Assembly (NCBI GenBank): GCA_020137815.1
Contig: CM035351.1
Span: 4,960,001 to 5,024,000, forward strand
DNA from: Hormiphora californensis
Lineage: Eukaryota > Animalia > Ctenophora
Direction of reading: 5' to 3'
DNA: 64,000 nt
In this document: positions 57,360-64,000 of the stretch, in pieces
Numbering within the stretch: position 1 is the stretch's first letter
Layout of the letters: every line of letters begins with the position of its first letter
The notes under the pieces: generated by a model
Told to the model about the DNA's origin: nothing
Seen by the model: only the letters and a program-made list of their open reading frames with translations
Databases searched by the model: none
Translations under genes and position numbers: made by a program

Positions 57360-60300
57360 CTAGAAAGCCCGTTGAAGTCCTGCAATAGACCCCCCACCCC
57401 CCCACCCCCCCAACCCGTCTCTATGTCTCCCCCCTCTTACTCTTCATCTCTCCATGTCGGGGTAAAGAATACGGAGGTTGGTAGTGGTAGAGCGCTGGTG
57501 ATAAACATCAAGGGAAATTCCGCTGAATAACATGTAGAATCAGGTGATAAAGATCCGTAGAATTGTAGCTGTGTAGAGAATCAACGGGGTATGTAGGTAG
57601 AAAGGCTTTGGCAATCATGGCGGCCCCAGTAGTAGATCCCAAAATACCACAGGAACAACACAGGAACACGCAACAAACAAACAATAACATGCACGTGCAG
57701 TATCCCCCTCCCATACCCCTTCCAAGCCACCTCCTTGGCAACCCCCACTATTTGCACGTGGGATACTACATCATCACCACGACGTTCATTTGCAAATTAT
57801 AATATAGACTAGAAAGCCCATTGAAGTCCTACAATAGCCCCCCACCCGTCCCCATGTCTCTCTCCCTCTCTTACTCTTCGTCTCTACATGTCGGGGTAAA
57901 GAATACGTAGGTTGGTAGTGGTAGAGCGCTGGTGATAAACATCAAGGGAAATCCCGCTGAATAACATGTAGAATCAGTTGATAAAGATCCGTAGAATTGT
58001 AGCTGTGTAGAGAATCAACGGGTACGTAGGTAGAAAGGCTTTGGCAATCATGGCGACCCCAGCAGTAGATCCCAAAACACCACGAAACACCACAGGAACA
58101 CGCAACAAACAACAAACAACATGCACGTGCAGTATCCCCCCTCCCATACCCTTCCCAAGCCACCTCCTTGGCAACCCCCCATCATTTGCACGTGGGATAC
58201 TCCATACTCCTCCTCACTACGACGTTCATTTGTACTTTATAATAAGGACTAGAAAGCCCATTGTCAAGTCCTACAACAGCCCCCCCACCCGTCTCTATGT
58301 CCCCCCCCTCTTACTCTTCGTCTCTCCATGTCGGGGTAAAGAATACGGAGGTTGGAATAGTGGTAGAGCGCTGGTGATAAACATCAAGGGAAATCCCGCT
58401 GAATAACATGTAGAATTAGGTGATAAAGATCCGTAGAATTGTAGCTGTGTAGAGCTAATTAACGGGGTACGTAGGTAGAAAGGCTTTGGCAATCATGGCG
58501 GCCCCAGCAGTAGATCCCAAAACACCACGAAACATCACACAGGAACACGCAACAAACAACAAACAACATGCACGTGCAGTATCCCACCTCCAATACCCCT
58601 GCCGAGGCACCTCCCTGGCAACCCCCCACCATTTGCACGTGGGATACTCCATCACTACTCCTCATCACCACGACGTTCATTTGTACTTTATAATTAAGAC
58701 TAGAAAGCCCATTGAAGTCCTACAACAGCCCCTCACCCCCCCCCCCCACCCAACCCGTCTCTATGTCCCCCCCATCTCACTCTTTGTCTCTCCATGTCGG
58801 GGTAAAGAATACGGAGGTTGGTAAAATGGTAGAGCGCTGGTGATAAACATCAAGGGAAATCCCGCTGAATAACATGTCGAATCAGGTGGATAAAGATCCG
58901 TAGAATTGTAGCTGTGTAGAGAATTAACGGGGTACGTAGGTAGAAAGGCTTTGGCAATCTTGGCTGCCCCAGCAGTAGATCCCAAAACGCCACAGGAACG
59001 ACACAGGAACACGCAACAAACAACCAATAACATGCACGTGCAGTATCCCCCCTCCAATACCCCTTCCAAGCCACCTCCTTGGCAACCCCCCTCTATTTGC
59101 ACGTGAGGATAGGACATCATCATACTCCTCATCACGCCACGCATTTGCTTATTATAATAAGGACTAGAAAGCCCATTGTTAAGTCCTACAACAGCCCCCC
59201 CCCCCACCCGTCTATATGCCCCCACTCTTACTCTTCCTCTCCATGGCGGGGTAAAGAATACGGAGGTTGGTAGAGTGGTAGAGCGCCATGGTGAGAAATA
59301 TCAAGGGAAATCTCGCTGAATAACATGTAGAATTAGGTGATAAAGATCCGTAGAATTGTAGCTGTGTAGAGCTAATTAACGGGGTACGTAGGTAGAAAGG
59401 CTTTGGCAATCATGGCGGCCCCAGCAGTAGATCCCAAAACACCACGAAACATCACACAGGAACACGCAACAAACAACAAACAACATGCACGTGCAGTATC
59501 CCACCTCCAATACCCCTGCCGAGGCACCTCCCTGGCAACCCCCCACCATTTGCACGTGGGATACTCCATCACTACTCCTCATCACCACGACGTTCATTTG
59601 TACTTTATAATTAAGACTAGAAAGCCCATTGAAGTCCTACAACAGCCCCTCACCCCCCCCCCCACCCAACCCGTCTCTATGTCCCCCCCATCTCACTCTT
59701 TGTCTCTCCATGTCGGGGTAAAGAATACGGAGGTTGGTAAAATGGTAGAGCGCTGGTGATAAACATCAAGGGAAATCCCGCTGAATAACATGTCGAATCA
59801 GGTGGATAAAGATCCGTAGAATTGTAGCTGTGTAGAGAATTAACGGGGTACGTAGGTAGAAAGGCTTTGGCAATCTTGGCTGCCCCAGCAGTAGATCCCA
59901 AAACGCCACAGGAACGACACAGGAACACGCAACAAACAACCAATAACATGCACGTGCAGTATCCCCCCTCCAATACCCCTTCCAAGCCACCTCCTTGGCA
60001 ACCCCCCTCTATTTGCACGTGAGGATAGGACATCATCATACTCCTCATCACGCCACGCATTTGCTTATTATAATAAGGACTAGAAAGCCCATTGTTAAGT
60101 CCTACAACAGCCCCCCCCCCCCCCCACCCGTCTATATGCCCCCACTCTTACTCTTCCTCTCCATGGCGGGGTAAAGAATACGGAGGTTGGTAGAGTGGTA
60201 GAGCGCCATGGTGAGAAATATCAAGGGAAATCTCGCTGAATAACATGTAGAATTAGGTGATAAAGATCCATAGAATTGTAGCTGTGTAGAGAATCAACGG

Positions 60301-60531
60301 GGTACGTAGGTAGAAAGGCTTTGGCAATCATGGGGGCCCCAGCAGTAGATCACAAAACACCACAGGAACAACACAGGAACACGCAACAAACAACCAACAA
60401 CATGCACGTGCAGTATCCCCCTCCAATACCCCTCCCAGAGCACCTCCTTGGCAACCCCCTCTATTTGCACGTGTGGATACTACATCCTCCTCCTCACCAT
60501 CACGCCACGCATTTGCTTATTATAATAAGGA
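57360..60531 (-). mobile_element. Head-to-tail array of seven ~450-bp non-autonomous Helitron-like units
   Basis: Minus strand starts A|TCCTTATTATAATAAG and ends GGGCTTTCTAG|T; internal junctions CTAG|TC at ~57809, 58249, 58700, 59164, 59617, 60080. Confidence 0.85.
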
Positions 60532-60813
60532 TAGGTGGTACATGAACATAAACGGAACCTAGCTATGTATTATTTATACTTTTATCAGGCACCCACATCT
60601 TTCATTACTTTTTTGCATTTTTTTGTATTTTTTTGTATTGTTTGTATGGAAAAAAAACAGGAATTTTGGATACTTTTATGTATGGTCCGTACAAAAAAGT
60701 ACAAAAAAATACAAAAAAATAGGTTGGAACCCCCCCTCCCCTCCCAACACCCTCACCGTGAATCAGTAATAATCCGTAATTATACCCGTCCGTTTTAGTG
60801 TAAAGTTAACAAC

Positions 60814-61476
60814 ATGACGAGTGCTACTGAGCCAGATCAGGAAGCACGAGAAAGTATTGACTTTGCAATGGACATACTCAAATCCTGCTACACAACCACA
60901 ACACCAGATGATAGCACAGAGAACCCCGTTCTGGACAATAGTAACTTTGTGGAAGTCGCAAACCCCTACCAGACAACAGAGACGCTCTCTTCAAAAATCG
61001 ATCCTGGAGTTGATTTGGAAACTTTTGAGTACACCGTAAAGACAGACAAACTGGGCAAAGTGACGGTCAGCGAGCCAGAGAAATCGGAAACTCAGAAAAA
61101 ACGAGAACGCAAGATCGAACGTTCCAAGACGTTGGGTAAACAGTGGTTTGATTTCAAACCATCCGAGATGACAGAGGAGCTGAAGCGGGATCTGAAGATA
61201 ATCCGGAGCAGGAATTTAATTGGAACGGGACAATTCTCGAATGTATCAGATTATAAAAAGAAGCTGCCCAGTGCTGTTCAGATTGGTACTGTGGTGGAGG
61301 ACAAGAGCGAGTACTACTCGGGTCGAATACCAAAGAAGTTGAGACAAAAGACCCTGGTTGATGAACTGGCGGAAGATTTTGAGTTCCGGAAAAAGTTAAA
61401 AAAGAAGTACACTGCCATCCAGGAAAGCAGACCGAGAAGGTTGAAAAACAAGGACAGAAAAAAGAAGAGGAAGTGA
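60814..61476 (+). CDS. DNTTIP2: Fcf2-domain rRNA-processing protein (DNTTIP2/FCF2), intronless
   Basis: KTLGKQWFDF...MTEELKRDLKIIRSR, QIGTVVED..EYYSGRIPKKLRQKTLVDEL. Confidence 0.88.
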   Translation: MTSATEPDQEARESIDFAMDILKSCYTTTTPDDSTENPVLDNSNFVEVANPYQTTETLSSKIDPGVDLETFEYTVKTDKLGKVTVSEPEKSETQKKRERKIERSKTLGKQWFDFKPSEMTEELKRDLKIIRSRNLIGTGQFSNVSDYKKKLPSAVQIGTVVEDKSEYYSGRIPKKLRQKTLVDELAEDFEFRKKLKKKYTAIQESRPRRLKNKDRKKKRK

Positions 61477-61740
61477 GGTGTTTTATGACATAGGGTGGTG
61501 TAATTTATTATCTGTGTTTTACTGGCAGTGTTTTATCGTTTTACTCACAACAAAAAAATTTGTGTTTCTTTAAACTTGGTACCATTTTGCCTGCACAGTG
61601 ATGCAAAACCAAACCCTAACCTACCAACGAAACTACCCTATACCCATTTCCCCACGTCCTACCCCCCCCCCCCCCCGCTAAACCCTCTTCCCTATACCTA
61701 GATTTAAGTATCTCCCTCGTTCAACCCTCTTCCCCGACAG

Positions 61741-62886
61741 ATGGACGAGGAAGTAGAGGACGGATACAGGTGGGAGGGAAACTACGAGAAGACATGGGAG
61801 GCACTAACAGAAACCGAATCCGGTTTAGTGGACTCCACCGCTGCTTCCGCTAAACGGGAGAAACGCCGACTAATCCAGCAGAGACTATCCAATGTAAAGC
61901 TTGGTGTCATGAGGCATTTGTTTGTGGTGTTGGACCAGAGCCAAAATATGGAGGATACAGACTTGAAACCGTGTCGGTTTATCTGCCTTAAGCGGCTCAC
62001 TGAAGGGTTTATCATGGAGTTTTACGATCAGAATCCTATATCTCAGATTGGCCTGATTATGGGTCGAAGTGGGAAGGGTTACAAGGTTTCTGAACTGAGC
62101 AGTAACATTAACAAACATGCCTCAATAGTCCAACAACAGAGTGGGTGTGAGGGTCAGTTCTCCCTGTTCAATACTCTCCAGTTAGCTCACAAGACCCTCA
62201 CGGGCATGCCATCTTATGCCAGCAGGGAGGTGCTCCTAATCGCGGGGAGTCTCACCAGTGTTGATCCCAGACCCATCCAGGAGATTATCACGAGCATGGT
62301 CGAGGGTAATATCAGGGTATCAGTGATAGGTCTCAGTGCATCCGTTCAGATATTTAATAGAGTTGCAGCGGCTACCGGCGGATCATATCACGTTATGTTG
62401 GACGAACAACACCTCCAGGAACTGCTCCGGTTCCACTGTACACCTCCTACTGCTACCCCCACAATGGAGCCCACCCTCGTCAAGATGGGGTTCCCTCCTC
62501 ACACCTCGACAGGAGCCCTGGCTGTCTGCCAATGTCACGTGGACGAGAGGGAGAAATGTGAACTATCCACCACGGGCTTCACGTGCCCCACGTGTAAAAG
62601 TAGGTACTGTGAAGTACCGGTGGAGTGTAGGTTGTGCTCCCTAACCTTGGTATGTGCACCTCACCTTGCCCGATCCTACCACCACCTCTTCCCGCTGCAT
62701 CTGTTCAAGGAGGTGGAGATGGGGATGGGTGATGGAAGGTGTGCAGGGTGTGAGGGGGAGTTGTCCGCAGGAGATGGAGGTGGTGTTTCCTATCAGTGTG
62801 GGGAGTGTTTGAAACTATTTTGTTACACGTGTGACTTGTTTATACATGACATGTTACACCACTGCCCCGGGTGTGAGGGGTCGTGA
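61741..62886 (+). CDS. GTF2H2: TFIIH subunit p44 (SSL1), intronless
   Basis: YRWE..YEKTWE, LGVMRHLFVVLD.S..M..DLKP.R, FYDQNPISQIGLI, SREVL, RVSVIGLSA, KMGFP, LVCAPHLARSYHHLFPL, FC..CDLFIHD.LH.CPGC. Confidence 0.96.
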   Translation: MDEEVEDGYRWEGNYEKTWEALTETESGLVDSTAASAKREKRRLIQQRLSNVKLGVMRHLFVVLDQSQNMEDTDLKPCRFICLKRLTEGFIMEFYDQNPISQIGLIMGRSGKGYKVSELSSNINKHASIVQQQSGCEGQFSLFNTLQLAHKTLTGMPSYASREVLLIAGSLTSVDPRPIQEIITSMVEGNIRVSVIGLSASVQIFNRVAAATGGSYHVMLDEQHLQELLRFHCTPPTATPTMEPTLVKMGFPPHTSTGALAVCQCHVDEREKCELSTTGFTCPTCKSRYCEVPVECRLCSLTLVCAPHLARSYHHLFPLHLFKEVEMGMGDGRCAGCEGELSAGDGGGVSYQCGECLKLFCYTCDLFIHDMLHHCPGCEGS

Positions 62887-63191
62887 GAGGGTGAGTTTTT
62901 ATTGTTGAAAATATTATGTTTCTTACAAAATGACAAGTTTTTAATGTAAAGAGTTTTACTTCGAACGTCCCCCAGGCTCACTCACCCCCCCCCCCTCCCC
63001 ACCCCAATAACTTTGACCCCCTGTCTCAACTCTCCTAATAACTTTTCCCCCTGTCATCTCCCCAATAATCTTGTCCCCATGTCTCCCCCTATTCCCTAAT
63101 AATCTTGTCCCTATTGCCCCCCCCCTCCCTCAATAACTTTGTCTCCCTATCAGCTATCCCGCCTCCTAGTGATGTAACTCCACCAATCACC

Positions 63192-64000
63192 ATGGCGCTC
63201 TCAGTGCAATCTTTACAACTGCAAATCAACAACGATGAAGAAGATGAATTCTTAACTCCGCTATCTAGAACACTCGTAGAAGAAAAAGAACCTCCGACAC
63301 TAAACAGAGATGACGAATTCTCGGTTTACACTAACGAAATCAGTAGCATCGACAGAGTGGGGTGTAACTCCAACAAGATACGACACCTCAAATCCCTGAG
63401 AGAGGTCTCCCTGGCAGTCTTGGCTGTCTGGGATAATATCCTGGGACCTCAGTTGGGGCGATGTTGGGTGAGCCAGGAGGGGGCCAGTAACGAACAGGAA
63501 CTCATCAACTATGTGGTGATGCATGTCCTGAGCTGTGAGATGGAGGATGGGACTGGTAGTAACAGGACAGATGGCCAGAGACGGGAAAAGGAAAAAGAAA
63601 AGAAGTTACTGTTCCTACGCGAGCAACAGCTTGTCTTGTGCTGCATTGAGTTTACCCGGCAGGACGGGAAGAATTGTTGTTTTGCTCTAGTCTTCCCATA
63701 CTCACACACTGCTGACAATTCTTCTTCTTCTGATAATGGCGAGGATCCCTTCCTAATCCGTATCTACCCCTTCCTTTCCTCCTACTGTACCCAAATCATG
63801 ATGGATAGCCTCGTGTACCGGGGTGCATACAGTACAACCACAGACAACCTGATAACCGAGCTAGACCTAACCATCGCTAACCTCCGAAAACACAATGTAA
63901 CACGGTATCCAGTACCAGACATTCACATCTCATATTTGGGTAACGCGGCAGATGTTGATTTCCTCAAAAGGGCATTCCAAGCTACCTTCCAGTGTGAGGG
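63192..64000 (+). CDS. C9orf72: C9orf72 homolog (DENN-like), truncated by the window end
   Basis: Open frame from ATG 63192 to edge: LAVWDNILGPQLGRCW...INYVVMHVLSCE resembles C9orf72 YWDNILGPRVRHIW...FLANHTLNGE; DFLKRAF near the end. Confidence 0.8.
   Translation, partial: MALSVQSLQLQINNDEEDEFLTPLSRTLVEEKEPPTLNRDDEFSVYTNEISSIDRVGCNSNKIRHLKSLREVSLAVLAVWDNILGPQLGRCWVSQEGASNEQELINYVVMHVLSCEMEDGTGSNRTDGQRREKEKEKKLLFLREQQLVLCCIEFTRQDGKNCCFALVFPYSHTADNSSSSDNGEDPFLIRIYPFLSSYCTQIMMDSLVYRGAYSTTTDNLITELDLTIANLRKHNVTRYPVPDIHISYLGNAADVDFLKRAFQATFQCE

Larger units (their letters stand above)
56181..60736. mobile_element. 4.56-kb non-autonomous TIR element with 8-bp TSD (Merlin/Mutator/hAT-type), carrying tandem arrays
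   Basis: TIR GGGGGGGTTCCAACCTATTT / AAATAGGTTGGAACCCCCCC; TSD TCCCCTCC at 56173-56180 and 60737-60744; subterminal (TACAAAAAAA)n at both ends. Confidence 0.9.

Noticed and set aside
56740-60531. CRISPR-like or repeat-protein interpretation of the 63-bp and 450-bp arrays
   Set aside because: No unique spacers, no cas genes, eukaryotic context; units are continuous tandem copies.

Overview
Compact, intron-rich eukaryotic (animal) genomic window with GT-AG introns, abundant (GA)n microsatellites and many MITEs; the gene set and style suggest an early-branching animal such as a ctenophore (inference only). About 18 protein-coding genes can be assembled by hand: (6-4) photolyase, a rhodopsin-class GPCR, TRAF7, a CEP89-like coiled-coil protein, LYRM9 (missed by the ORF track), COQ8/ADCK3, a TGN38/46-like protein, villin, ATP synthase gamma, thioredoxin, SNX7/30, ARV1, KCTD10/BACURD, a nested antisense secreted-protein gene, a small orphan gene, FCF2/DNTTIP2, GTF2H2 and C9orf72, plus a full-length U2 snRNA. 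Most notable observations: (1) COQ8 needs four +1 skips, each a T after an NNC codon, to give an intact kinase (recoding or assembly error); (2) nearly every start codon is directly preceded by an unpaired 3' splice acceptor and genes form tight same-strand runs (operon/SL trans-splicing signature); (3) U2 snRNA sits, same sense, inside intron 1 of LYRM9; (4) splice junctions are repeatedly accompanied by degenerate tandem copies of themselves; (5) an unidentified ~270-nt GC-rich structured RNA candidate ending in a T6 run; (6) a 7-copy head-to-tail Helitron array inside a TIR element with an 8-bp TSD. All exon structures and identifications were made by eye without database searches.
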